Assembly: GCA_902386555.1 (NCBI GenBank)
Contig: CABMJJ010000001.1
Location: 5,381 to 69,380 of the forward strand
Reading direction: 5' to 3'
Length of the DNA: 64,000 bases
From: Candidatus Bilamarchaeum dharawalense
GTDB taxonomy: Archaea > Micrarchaeota > Micrarchaeia > Anstonellales > Bilamarchaeaceae
This document shows positions 45,913 through 55,103 of the stretch, piece after piece. Position 1 is the first letter of the stretch; each line of letters begins with the position of its first letter. Below the pieces are notes generated by a model. The model saw nothing but the letters and a program-made list of their open reading frames with translations. It was not told the origin of the DNA and did not search any database. The position numbers and the translations under genes are program-made.

Positions 45913-47439
45913 ATGAAAATTATGCCAGTCGCTCATGCCATGGAAAAAATAATTTTAAACGCCAGAATAATTCATGATCCTGATTCCAGTGAACTGAGAA
46001 AATTGGCAAAAAAAGACGAAATAACCACAGGATTTGGAAGTGCAGTATATATAACGAAAATTAGGAATAGAAGTGCCAAATTTACCGAGATTATTTATAA
46101 CAAACCAACTAGAGAGCAGCGAAATATTCTGGATAGGGTGGTACGCTACCTTAGGGGCAAGCAACTAATTCAAGTTGACAGAACAATGTGCCTTGATCCG
46201 AAACATAAACTCGCATGCAGGTCCTATGTCACAAGAAAATATGCCAGGGTGAGCTACCTGTGGCATGAGATGCTTTTTCCACCAGAATCAAAAATTCAGA
46301 AACCAAAAATAACGCTGCTTTTTGTACCAGAATGGCCAGAACGCCGCATTCTTGTCGATCCAAAAACATACACGACAATTGCACTTGGATCAGATTATTC
46401 TGGAGAGATGAAAAAGGCAGGTTTAAGGCTGGCAATGTATTATGCAAAAAAACAGGGTGGCCTTGGATTGCATGCAGGATGTAAAGATATTTTTGTTCGC
46501 AACAAAAAAGGGAAATTGGTTGAAAAGGGGGTTTTGTTATTCGGCTTAAGTGCAACTGGAAAAACCACATTAACCTGCCATCACCACTGGGTAAATGAAA
46601 AAATAGGTGAACGAGTGATCATAAGACAGGACGATGTTGTTTTTCTTTGGAAGGATGGTTCCTGCACTGGTACTGAAAACAATTTTTACATGAAAACAGA
46701 GAATCTTGATGAAAATTCTGAACCCTTGCTTTACAAAGCTGTGACAAGCAAAAACGCTCTGATTGAGAATGTGAAGATAGATAAGAAAGGTAATATGGAT
46801 TTTCACAATTCTGAACTAACCTCCAACGGTAGAGCAGTAGTTATGAGAAAAGAATTGGGACACCATTGGGATGAGGCCATTGACCTGAAAAAAGTGAATA
46901 TGATAGTGTTTATCACAAGAAGAAACACGATTGTTCCACCAATGGCAAAGTTAACCCCAGAACAGGCAGCTGCTTTTTTTATGCTTGGTGAATCAATAGA
47001 AACTTCTGCAGGAGATCCAACCCAAGCAGGAAAATCAATTCGAGTAGTTGGAACGAATCCATTCATTATAGGTCCTGAGTACCTGGAAGGAAATAGATTC
47101 TACGAATTCATAAAAAAAGACAAAATTGATTGCTATGTGCTTAACACTGGACATTTTGGGCAGAATGGAAACAAAACAGGGGTAAAAATTACAGTTCATG
47201 ATTCCTCTGCTTTGATCATTGATGCTGCCAAAGGAGATATCGAATGGAAGAAGGATGGGTTTTGGGGATATCTGGTTCCGATTAAAGCCAAAGGGATTGA
47301 TTTGGGTAGATTTGATTGGAAAAAGTATTATGACAAAAAAGAATATGAAAAACTGAACAATGAACTTAAGGTTGAAAGAAAACAATGGTTAGCTAAATTC
47401 ACAAAACTTGACAGGAAGATAAAAAATGCTATTAAGTAG
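45913..47439 (+). CDS. pckA: phosphoenolpyruvate carboxykinase (ATP)
   Basis: GLSATGKTTL (kinase-1a), IIRQDDVV, NGRAV, NTGHFG. ATG 45913 lies 25 nt after the PAS gene stop. Confidence 0.88.
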   Translation: MKIMPVAHAMEKIILNARIIHDPDSSELRKLAKKDEITTGFGSAVYITKIRNRSAKFTEIIYNKPTREQRNILDRVVRYLRGKQLIQVDRTMCLDPKHKLACRSYVTRKYARVSYLWHEMLFPPESKIQKPKITLLFVPEWPERRILVDPKTYTTIALGSDYSGEMKKAGLRLAMYYAKKQGGLGLHAGCKDIFVRNKKGKLVEKGVLLFGLSATGKTTLTCHHHWVNEKIGERVIIRQDDVVFLWKDGSCTGTENNFYMKTENLDENSEPLLYKAVTSKNALIENVKIDKKGNMDFHNSELTSNGRAVVMRKELGHHWDEAIDLKKVNMIVFITRRNTIVPPMAKLTPEQAAAFFMLGESIETSAGDPTQAGKSIRVVGTNPFIIGPEYLEGNRFYEFIKKDKIDCYVLNTGHFGQNGNKTGVKITVHDSSALIIDAAKGDIEWKKDGFWGYLVPIKAKGIDLGRFDWKKYYDKKEYEKLNNELKVERKQWLAKFTKLDRKIKNAIK

Positions 47440-47484
47440 TAATATAAAAATCCTTTTACACGATAAAAACTCTTCAGATATGTT

Positions 47485-47646
47485 GGGGTCATGGGCTAAT
47501 TGCATGAGATACCATAGAGTGTTGAAATGCAATCCAACCTGGTAGACTATCGCCTTCGGGTGTTCTTTTTTAGGAAAAAAGAACTGGCTGTTAAATGTCA
47601 ACAGACGGAAAAGGCGGGGATCTGAGTTCAAATCTCAGTGACCCCA
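47485..47646 (+). tRNA. tRNA-Pro (anticodon CGG) with a 51-nt canonical (37/38) intron and a ~37-nt insertion in the D-arm
   Basis: Acceptor GGGGTCA (47485-91) / TGACCCC (47639-45), discriminator A. T-arm CTGAG-TTCAAAT-CTCAG. Anticodon stem 47550-54 / 47613-17. Loop TT-CGG-G then intron 47561-47611, then A38. Removing 47496-47532 gives D-stem GGTC/GACT and a D-loop containing CCTGGTA. No CCA is encoded. Confidence 0.65.
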
Positions 47647-47700
47647 AATTTTAAAATTTGGAAGTCATTGGCACAAACCAATCGGACCCCATAAAATCGC

Positions 47701-47712
47701 TTTATTAAATTT
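47701..47712 (+). promoter_or_regulatory. TATA-like box upstream of the 2-oxoacid dehydrogenase operon
   Basis: TTTATTAAATTT is centred about 24 nt upstream of ATG 47730, with no SD. Confidence 0.35.
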
Positions 47713-47729
47713 ACCTCTGTAACTTTTCC

Positions 47730-48791
47730 ATGCCAATTGAGAGAGTTTTCCAAGGGACCATAGATCACCTTCAAATTTTAGATAAGGATGGTAACGTTGA
47801 TACTAACCTGGAACCCAAACTTCCAAACGAACTATTGGACAAAATGTATAGATTGATGGTGCTTGGAAGACTATGGGATAAAAAGTGCATAGCACTCCAA
47901 AGAACTGGCAGAATGTACACCTATCCGCCTTTAGAAGGGCAGGAAGCAGTGACAGTGGGTGCAACACTTGCTCTGGGTAATGAGGATTGGTTCATACCCA
48001 GCTATCGGGAAAGTTTTGGCTATTACATTAGAGGTCTACCTCTTGACATAATCAACCTGGGTTGGATGGGTGTGGAAGAAGGATTAAAACTTGACAAAAA
48101 AGCAAAATCTTTTCCCTATGCCATACCCATAGGCACTCAACATACCCATGCCACCGGTGTGGCCTATGCGTTGAAGTTAAAAGGCGAACGATCAGCAGTT
48201 TTGGTTTGCGGCGGGGATGGATCCACCAGCGAAGGAGACTTTCATGATGCATTAAATTTTGCAGGCGTTTTCCAAGTCCCATGTGTATTTCTTATTGTAA
48301 ATAATCAATGGGCAATTTCGGTGCCAAGGAAATCTCAGACAAAATCAGAGACCATTGCACAAAAAGCTCTTGGCTATGGTTTCAAAGCCATCCAAGTAGA
48401 CGGTAATGATATTCTAGCGGTTTATAACACAGTCAAAGAAGCACTTGAAAATGCGCGATCGGGAAGTGGACCATTTCTTATTGAAGCAGTTACCTATCGG
48501 ATTGGTGCGCATACAACTGCAGATGATCCAAAAAAATATCGAAGCGAGGAAGAGGTAAATTTTTGGCGTGATCGCGACCCCATCAAAAGATTGAAAGTGT
48601 ATTTAGCGAAGAAAGGAGTTTGGAACGAAGATTATGAAGCAAAGGTAAATGCTGAAGCAGTAAAAATTATCGATGATGCGGTTCAGAAAGCAGAGACCTA
48701 CAAGCAAGAGCCGAAAAATATGTTCAACTTTTTATATGCTAAAATGACCAAGGATTTGGAAAATCAGATGAAAGAATGTTTTGAAGCTTAG
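47730..48791 (+). CDS. 2-oxoacid dehydrogenase E1 component, alpha subunit (TPP-dependent)
   Basis: GQEAVTVGA, GGDGSTSEGDFHDALNFA, NNQWAIS. Substrate (pyruvate versus branched-chain) cannot be assigned by eye. Confidence 0.88.
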   Translation: MPIERVFQGTIDHLQILDKDGNVDTNLEPKLPNELLDKMYRLMVLGRLWDKKCIALQRTGRMYTYPPLEGQEAVTVGATLALGNEDWFIPSYRESFGYYIRGLPLDIINLGWMGVEEGLKLDKKAKSFPYAIPIGTQHTHATGVAYALKLKGERSAVLVCGGDGSTSEGDFHDALNFAGVFQVPCVFLIVNNQWAISVPRKSQTKSETIAQKALGYGFKAIQVDGNDILAVYNTVKEALENARSGSGPFLIEAVTYRIGAHTTADDPKKYRSEEEVNFWRDRDPIKRLKVYLAKKGVWNEDYEAKVNAEAVKIIDDAVQKAETYKQEPKNMFNFLYAKMTKDLENQMKECFEA

Positions 48792-48805
48792 TTTGGTGAT
48801 CTTTA

Positions 48806-49780
48806 ATGAGAATGAATATGGTTGAGGCAATTAATAATTGTCTAAAACAAGAAATGGACTTGGATAAAAATATTGTTGTCCTTGGCGAAGATGTTGGTGT
48901 TGATGGTGGTGTTTTTAGAGTTACTGAAGGTCTTTATGAAAAATTCGGCAAACAGAGGATTATAGATACCCCACTTTCAGAATCAGGGATTATAGGTACC
49001 GCAATAGGCATGGCAACAATGGGGATACGACCAGTTGCCGAGATTCAATTCCAGGGTTTTGAGTATAATGCCTATCACCAAATTGTTCAACATGCTGCGA
49101 GGCTTCGAAATAGAACAAGAGGACAGTTTACGGTTCCAATGATTGTTAGATTGCCCTGTAGCGGGGGAATACGCGCATTGGAACACCATGGTGAGAGCTT
49201 AGAATCAATTTATCTTCATATTCCAGGACTTAAAGTTGTTTACCCATCTTGCCCATATGATGCAAAAGGCCTTCTCGCAGCAGCTCTCAAAGATGAGGAC
49301 ACGGTACTTTACTTTGAACCAAAACGCCTTTACCGTGCATTTAGAGAGGAAGTACCTGAAGAAAGATATGAAGTTGAAATTGGAAAAGCAAAAATACTTA
49401 GAGAGGGTACGGATATAACGCTCATTTCATGGGGGGCAATGACTTTTGTTAGTAAGGATGCCATAGAAGAAGCTAGCAAACAGAACATTTCAGTTGAACA
49501 TATCGATCTTAGAACACTTGCACCATGCGATTGGGACACAATAATAAAATCAGTAAATAAAACTGGACGGGCGATAATAGTTCACGAAGCAAGTAAAACC
49601 ATGGGATTTGGCGCAGAAATTGCAACACGCATAATGGAAAATTCATTCTTGAGTTTGGAGGCACCGGTAAAACGAGTTACTGGTTGGGATATACAAATCC
49701 CCTATCCAAAATTAGAGGACTATTACTTTCCGAATAAGGAGAGAATCCTGAAAGAGATAATAAAAACAGTTAATTTCTGA
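48806..49780 (+). CDS. 2-oxoacid dehydrogenase E1 component, beta subunit
   Basis: VVLGEDVGVDGGVFRVTEGL, DTPLSESGIIGTAIGMA, FEPKRLYR. Confidence 0.88.
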   Translation: MRMNMVEAINNCLKQEMDLDKNIVVLGEDVGVDGGVFRVTEGLYEKFGKQRIIDTPLSESGIIGTAIGMATMGIRPVAEIQFQGFEYNAYHQIVQHAARLRNRTRGQFTVPMIVRLPCSGGIRALEHHGESLESIYLHIPGLKVVYPSCPYDAKGLLAAALKDEDTVLYFEPKRLYRAFREEVPEERYEVEIGKAKILREGTDITLISWGAMTFVSKDAIEEASKQNISVEHIDLRTLAPCDWDTIIKSVNKTGRAIIVHEASKTMGFGAEIATRIMENSFLSLEAPVKRVTGWDIQIPYPKLEDYYFPNKERILKEIIKTVNF

Positions 49781-49789
49781 GGGGAAAAA

Positions 49790-51001
49790 ATGGTATCTGA
49801 ATTTAGATTTCCTGATGTTGGTGAGGGTATTCACGAAGGGGTTATTGTAAAATGGAGAGTTAGAGAAGGCGAAGTGGTGAGTGTGGATCAAGTTTTGGTG
49901 GAAGTTGAAACAGACAAGGCGGTTGTGGAACTGCCATCGCCTTTCGCTGGTACAGTGTTGAAAATAAACTTCAAAGAAGGAGATCAGATTAAAGTTGGCC
50001 AGAGTTTGATTGCCATAGGTGAACCTGGTGAGAGTGTTGCCAAAACAACAGAAATCCATGGTCCAACTGAAACAATTCAGATTGTTGAGAAAAGAACAAG
50101 CGAACATGTTTTAGCAACACCATCAGTTAGAAAATTAAGCAGAGAGATGGGCGTTGATTTAACCATGGTTCATGGAACTGGTCCTGGAGGCAGAATAACT
50201 GAAGAAGACGTGCGAAGTGCACCAACTGGGATCCCAAAAGTTAAAGAAACTGCACATGTGGTAACAAAATCCGAAGGCGTGGTTGTTTCAGTTGAAGAAG
50301 GAGACCAGATGATTCAACTGAGCCATCTGAGAAAAATAATTGCCGAGAGAATGGTTTATTCAAAAACACACATCCCCCATGCTTGTGGAATGGATTTTGT
50401 TGATGTCACAAAATTAACTGAATTAAGAGAAAGAGAGAAAAAAGCCATTGAAGCACGAGGAGTAAAACTTACCTATTTACCATTTATCATCAAAGCCTGC
50501 GCAATTGCACTTCATGAATTTCCAGAATTCAATGCCCAATTTGACGAACAAAAAAATGTTTTGATAGTTAAAAAACAACTCAACATAGGCATAGCCGTTG
50601 AGACCAGCGATGGCTTGATGGTTCCTGTTATCAAAGACATTGACAAAAAATCAATCGTTGAAATCGCCCAGGAGATAGAACATCTTGCAAATGCTGCGCG
50701 TGAACGTAAAATAAAACTTGAAGAAATCAAAGGCGGAACATTCACCATAACGAATGTGGGTAGTCTTGGCGGAATGTATTCAACACCGATAATTAATGCA
50801 CCAGAAGTTGCGATCATGGGTGTTCACAGGATAAAGGATATGCCATTGGTGGTAAAGGAAAAAATTAAACCAAGAAAAGTACTTGGACTTTCACTATGTT
50901 TTGACCATAGAGTAAATGATGGGGCCAAGGCAACCGCATTCATGAATGCAGTTATGAAACATCTGGAAGACCCAGATTTGATGCTTGTGGATATGATATA
51001 A
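49790..51001 (+). CDS. dihydrolipoamide acyltransferase (E2)
   Basis: Lipoyl domain VEVETDKAVVELPSP, peripheral-subunit-binding ATPSVRKLSREMGVDL, catalytic SLCFDHRVNDGA. Confidence 0.9.
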   Translation: MVSEFRFPDVGEGIHEGVIVKWRVREGEVVSVDQVLVEVETDKAVVELPSPFAGTVLKINFKEGDQIKVGQSLIAIGEPGESVAKTTEIHGPTETIQIVEKRTSEHVLATPSVRKLSREMGVDLTMVHGTGPGGRITEEDVRSAPTGIPKVKETAHVVTKSEGVVVSVEEGDQMIQLSHLRKIIAERMVYSKTHIPHACGMDFVDVTKLTELREREKKAIEARGVKLTYLPFIIKACAIALHEFPEFNAQFDEQKNVLIVKKQLNIGIAVETSDGLMVPVIKDIDKKSIVEIAQEIEHLANAARERKIKLEEIKGGTFTITNVGSLGGMYSTPIINAPEVAIMGVHRIKDMPLVVKEKIKPRKVLGLSLCFDHRVNDGAKATAFMNAVMKHLEDPDLMLVDMI

Positions 51002-51022
51002 AAAGGACCGTGAGTCCTTTTT
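51000..51022. terminator. palindromic hairpin (family variant) after E2 stop
   Basis: AAAAAGGAC-CGTGA-GTCCTTTTT. The stem is flanked by an A-run and a T-run, so a T-tract follows the hairpin on either strand. Confidence 0.4.
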
Positions 51023-51075
51023 GAATCTCCTTAATTGGGATTCCAAAAGATAGTAAACAACAGGGTGAACCGAAA

Positions 51076-52479
51076 ATGGTAATGGGTGAATTAACTACGA
51101 GGGTAGATGTTGCAGTTATTGGCGCTGGACCAGGGGGCTACACCGCTGCCATACGCGCAGCCCAGCTTGGTTTGGATGTTGTTCTTATTGAAAAAAACAA
51201 AATAGGTGGATGTTGCACCAATGTTGGTTGTATCCCGTCAAAAGCTTTGATTCATGCTGCAACTGTAAAATTTGAAGCAGAACATGCAGCGAATATGGGC
51301 ATTGACGCAGAGATAAAACTAGATTTTGCTAAAACCCAAAAATGGAAAGACGGGGTTGTAGAAAAACTGCGCAATGGCATCGAAATGATTTGCAGATTTA
51401 ATGGTGTGGATGTGATAAAGGGGAAAGCATTTTTTACATCATCCAACACGCTTTCAGTTCAAACAGAAAATGGTATGCGAGATATCGAATTCAAAAACGT
51501 GATAATCGCAACAGGAACAAGAATAAAAGAGCTACCTAATTTACCCCAGGACCACAAAAAAGTGATAAGTTCCGACGATATTTTTTCCCTCGATAAACTT
51601 CCGCAAAGACTAATTGTTGTGGGTGGCGGGTATATTGCAATAGAAATGGCCTGTTTGTTTACAAAATTTGGATCCAGAGTGGTTGTTATTTATCGTGGAT
51701 CGCGACTCTTGAAAAAATTAGAACCTGAAATCAGTATTACATTGGCTAGAAAGATGAAAGAAATTGGCTGTGAGATAGTTTTTGATGGTGAAGTTGAATC
51801 AGTTCAGGGAAATGTTGCAAATGTTAAAGCACCTGATGGGATAAGAAAACTAGAATTTGACAAACTACTGATTACCACTGGACGAGTTCCAGACTATGAG
51901 GGTCTTGGGTTAGATAAAACCAAAGTTAGCGTGAATACTGAGGGTTTGATTGAAGTTGACAATACCATGCGCACTAAAGACGAAAAGATATTTGCAATTG
52001 GAGATATTGTTGCTGGTCCGCAACTTGCGCATAAAGCGTTTAGACAGGGTAAGGTGGCTGCAGAAGTTATTGCAAACCAGAAAAGTGCATTTGATAATGT
52101 TGCAATTCCATCGGTTGTGTTCTCAGAACCAGAAATAGCAACAGTTGGATTAACTGAACAGGAAGCAAATGAACAGGGGCATAAAATAAAAATCGGAAGA
52201 ATGCCATATACCAGCTCTGGAAAGGCAAAAACAATGGATAAAACTGACGGATTTGTCAAAATAGTGGCAAATGAAGATGGATTAGTTTTAGGTGTGCATG
52301 TCATAGGATTTGGAGCTGCGGATTTGATCGCTGAGGCAACATTAGCCATTGAGATGGGTGCAACATTGGAAGATCTTGCATTAACCATACACACCCACCC
52401 AACCATGCCAGAAGCATTGGCTGAAGCTGCAGAAGAAGCATTGGGACAAGCAATTCACCTATACAAAGGTAAGATGTGA
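51076..52479 (+). CDS. lpdA: dihydrolipoamide dehydrogenase (E3)
   Basis: VIGAGPGGY, redox-active CTNVGCIPSK, GGGYIAIE, C-terminal HTHPTMPE. Confidence 0.92.
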   Translation: MVMGELTTRVDVAVIGAGPGGYTAAIRAAQLGLDVVLIEKNKIGGCCTNVGCIPSKALIHAATVKFEAEHAANMGIDAEIKLDFAKTQKWKDGVVEKLRNGIEMICRFNGVDVIKGKAFFTSSNTLSVQTENGMRDIEFKNVIIATGTRIKELPNLPQDHKKVISSDDIFSLDKLPQRLIVVGGGYIAIEMACLFTKFGSRVVVIYRGSRLLKKLEPEISITLARKMKEIGCEIVFDGEVESVQGNVANVKAPDGIRKLEFDKLLITTGRVPDYEGLGLDKTKVSVNTEGLIEVDNTMRTKDEKIFAIGDIVAGPQLAHKAFRQGKVAAEVIANQKSAFDNVAIPSVVFSEPEIATVGLTEQEANEQGHKIKIGRMPYTSSGKAKTMDKTDGFVKIVANEDGLVLGVHVIGFGAADLIAEATLAIEMGATLEDLALTIHTHPTMPEALAEAAEEALGQAIHLYKGKM

Positions 52480-53496
52480 ATGGTGCGTATAAGAGAGAGT
52501 TATAAAAAAGGCAAAATCACATTCAGCGAAGCTGCCCGGAAACAGTACGAAAAAAGCTATGGAATTGTTGGAAGCCACAGTGGGGTTCAGATATGCTTGT
52601 GGAATAAAAAATCGATTAAAGGCCATCGTGGCTGTTATAAGGTCAAATTTTATGGCATCGATTGCCATCGCTGTGCCCAGATGTCGCCTACCCTGGCCTG
52701 GTGCAATGAAGGTTGTATCTTCTGTTGGCGGCCAATGGAATGGATGAAGAAGACAAATTTCGAGGTTACTGAAGTGGATGAACCAGATCTTATAATTGCT
52801 GAAACAGTGAAACAACGAAAAAGACTTTTGTCGGGCATTGGAGGAGCGCAGGGTGCAGATAGAAGAAAATTTGATGAAGCATTTAGGTTATTCCCTTCCC
52901 ATTGGGCCATTTCTCTAAGCGGGGAGCCAACCATATATCCAAAACTAAGCGAAATGGTAAAACAGCTTAGAGCTAGGAAAGAAGTACGAAGCATATTTAT
53001 TGTTACCAATGGCCAGGAACCTGACGCTCTCAAAAAATTAAATAAACAAAAAGCTCTTCCCACTCAACTTTATCTTTCTCTTGCGGCTTCAAATGAAGAG
53101 ATGTTTAAAAAAATCAACAGAAGCGTCTACAAAGATGGCTGGAAAAGGCTGAACAAAACAATTAAACTTTTGACAAAATTGCCATGTCGAAGGGTGATTA
53201 GGCTAACCATAATCAAAGGGGTTAATGATAGCGAAACTGCCATTGAGGAATATGCCAAATTAATAGAAAAATCAACTGTTGATTTTGTGGAAGTTAAGTC
53301 CTATATGGCACTTGGATTTTCAAGAAAAAGGCTTGGACCAAAACATATGGCATATCCTGAATATCTTAAACCATGGACTGAGAGATTAGTCACCAGAATG
53401 CCGAACTATAGGCTAATTGATGAGGATACACAATCGCAAATTCTGCTTCTTAAAAACAAAAATTCTAGATATGAGAATTTTATTAGAAAATCATGA
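52480..53496 (+). CDS. taw1: tRNA 4-demethylwyosine synthase (radical SAM, Taw1/TYW1)
   Basis: GSHSGVQICLWNKKSIKGHRGCYKVKFYGIDCHRCAQMSP...WCNEGCIFCWRP (CxxxCxxC). ATG directly follows the lpdA TGA. Confidence 0.8.
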   Translation: MVRIRESYKKGKITFSEAARKQYEKSYGIVGSHSGVQICLWNKKSIKGHRGCYKVKFYGIDCHRCAQMSPTLAWCNEGCIFCWRPMEWMKKTNFEVTEVDEPDLIIAETVKQRKRLLSGIGGAQGADRRKFDEAFRLFPSHWAISLSGEPTIYPKLSEMVKQLRARKEVRSIFIVTNGQEPDALKKLNKQKALPTQLYLSLAASNEEMFKKINRSVYKDGWKRLNKTIKLLTKLPCRRVIRLTIIKGVNDSETAIEEYAKLIEKSTVDFVEVKSYMALGFSRKRLGPKHMAYPEYLKPWTERLVTRMPNYRLIDEDTQSQILLLKNKNSRYENFIRKS

Positions 53497-53533
53497 TAGT
53501 CAGAGATATAAATTTTAGCTAAGTAGAAAAGTC

Positions 53534-53971
53534 ATGGCAACGAAAAGTTTGATTGTTCTGATTTTGGGGTTAATCCTATTTGGGTGTTGTGGTGGATTTA
53601 ATCCGAATGAAAAAATTCAGGTAGAAGCAGGAAGTGCCCAATTAAGTGGAGATATGCTGATTGTTCCTGTCGACGTAACGAACACAGGAGGACAGACTTC
53701 GAATGTAATCCTGGCAAGTGCCAATGTTGTCATGCCAGATGGAACTCAGATAAACAGGATAATGCCGCTGGGAAGTGAATGTTACCGGGGACTTGTTGGG
53801 GAACAGCTGGCCCCAGGTGCGAAAAAAACCATGGATATTTGTTATGGGTTGCCATCCGGAACGGCAGTCAGCGGTAGTAAAATGTACATAACAATACGTT
53901 ATGACTTTTGGTATGATGGCCTTGAAATTAAGGGTGGACGGGTTATTCAGAAGAATTTTGACCTGAGCTGA
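53534..53971 (+). CDS. secreted lipoprotein-like beta-sandwich protein (DUF4352-like)
   Basis: LILGLILFGCCGG lipobox-like, followed by a beta-rich 120 aa. Confidence 0.5.
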   Translation: MATKSLIVLILGLILFGCCGGFNPNEKIQVEAGSAQLSGDMLIVPVDVTNTGGQTSNVILASANVVMPDGTQINRIMPLGSECYRGLVGEQLAPGAKKTMDICYGLPSGTAVSGSKMYITIRYDFWYDGLEIKGGRVIQKNFDLS

Positions 53972-54928
53972 TTATTTCAGCATCGGTCCCAGATTTTTTA
54001 GCATATCGCTGGTCATTTCAGCAAGACCATATGTGTGTTTCCAAGCCCAGTCTTTCCTAGCAGATGAATCGTCAATGGATTTTGGCCAGGAATCAGCGAT
54101 CTGCTGTCTGAAGTCATCTTTGTAGGAAATAGAGAATTCTGGGATGTGTTTCTTTATCTCAGCAGCGATTTCTTCTGGTGCAAAGCTTATGGCAGTAATA
54201 TTGTAGCTCGTTCTAATGCTGATCTTGGATGGGTCGGCTTCCATAAGTTCGATGGTTGCTCGCACAGCATCATCCATGTACATCATAGGCAGATAGGTCC
54301 CTGCTTTGAGAAATGATGTGTATTTTTTCTCTTTTAATGCACCGTAGAATATTTCCACTGCATAATCAGTGGTTCCTCCACCTGGTGGGGTTTTCCAGCT
54401 AATGATACCAGGATAGCGCAATCCCCTAATATCCAAACCGAATTTTTTGAAGTAATAGTTAACCAAAAGTTCACCAGCCACCTTGGTAACACCATACATT
54501 GTTGCAGGCTCGAGAATAGTTTTTTGTGGAGTTTTGTCTCGCGGAGTAGTTGGCCCGAAAGCAGCAATGGAGCTTGGCCAGAATATTTTGATGGGTTTGC
54601 CTGCGTTTTTTCTATCTTTGGCAATATCCAAAATAGTTTTCAGTGTCCCCATGTTCACATTATAGGCAAGATCAGGATTTTGTTCGCCTTTTGCAGATAA
54701 AATACCAACTAGATGATAAACAACTGTGATGTCATTCTCTTTGATTATTTTTTCCATTAGGGCTTTGTCACCGGCATCACCGATGATGTGTTTGCCAGCA
54801 TCTTTCGGAACATTGTGATGGTAAAGTGCGATTACATTGTCTTTACCATATTTCTCTCTCAAGGCCGGAACAAGTTCAGAACCAATTTGACCCGCTGCCC
54901 CAGTAACAAAAATTTTTTCAGGTTTCAT
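53972..54928 (-). CDS. tdh: L-threonine 3-dehydrogenase of the NAD-dependent epimerase/SDR-extended type
   Basis: KIFVTGAAGQIGSELV Rossmann motif, YGVTKVAGE (YxxxK). Divergently paired with kbl. Confidence 0.75.
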   Translation of the reverse strand: MKPEKIFVTGAAGQIGSELVPALREKYGKDNVIALYHHNVPKDAGKHIIGDAGDKALMEKIIKENDITVVYHLVGILSAKGEQNPDLAYNVNMGTLKTILDIAKDRKNAGKPIKIFWPSSIAAFGPTTPRDKTPQKTILEPATMYGVTKVAGELLVNYYFKKFGLDIRGLRYPGIISWKTPPGGGTTDYAVEIFYGALKEKKYTSFLKAGTYLPMMYMDDAVRATIELMEADPSKISIRTSYNITAISFAPEEIAAEIKKHIPEFSISYKDDFRQQIADSWPKSIDDSSARKDWAWKHTYGLAEMTSDMLKNLGPMLK

Positions 54929-55040
54929 AACCGGTTAATAAAAAGAAAGTAATTAAAAATGGGTGAATCGTCGCCAAATATATCGACAAAAAACGAAATT
55001 GGGACAGCTAAAAGTTGTCTTTTAAAAGCTTAGAGCAGAA

Positions 55041-55103
55041 AGGTGTTTTCTATGAATTGAGATGCCGCGCATTTCATTCTTGAATGAGGTGTTTTCTATG
55101 AAT
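55041..55103 (+). repeat. 17-nt exact direct repeat duplicating the kbl SD + start codon
   Basis: AGGTGTTTTCTATGAAT occurs at 55041-55057 and 55087-55103. Copy 1 gives ATG AAT TGA (Met-Asn-stop). Copy 2 is the kbl start. Confidence 0.85.

Noticed and set aside
47561-47583. Perfect 10-bp hairpin GTTCTTTTTT-AGG-AAAAAAGAAC about 120 nt after pckA, initially read as the pckA terminator
   Set aside because: It lies inside the canonical-position intron of tRNA-Pro, between the anticodon loop and the 3' anticodon stem strand, so it is reported as part of the intron.
52480-53496. Radical-SAM gene next to lpdA, first suspected to be lipoyl synthase LipA
   Set aside because: The sequence has the Taw1/TYW1 N-terminal block (GSHSGVQIC...CYKVKFYGIDCHRC...) and lacks the LipA auxiliary-cluster motif, so I called it taw1.
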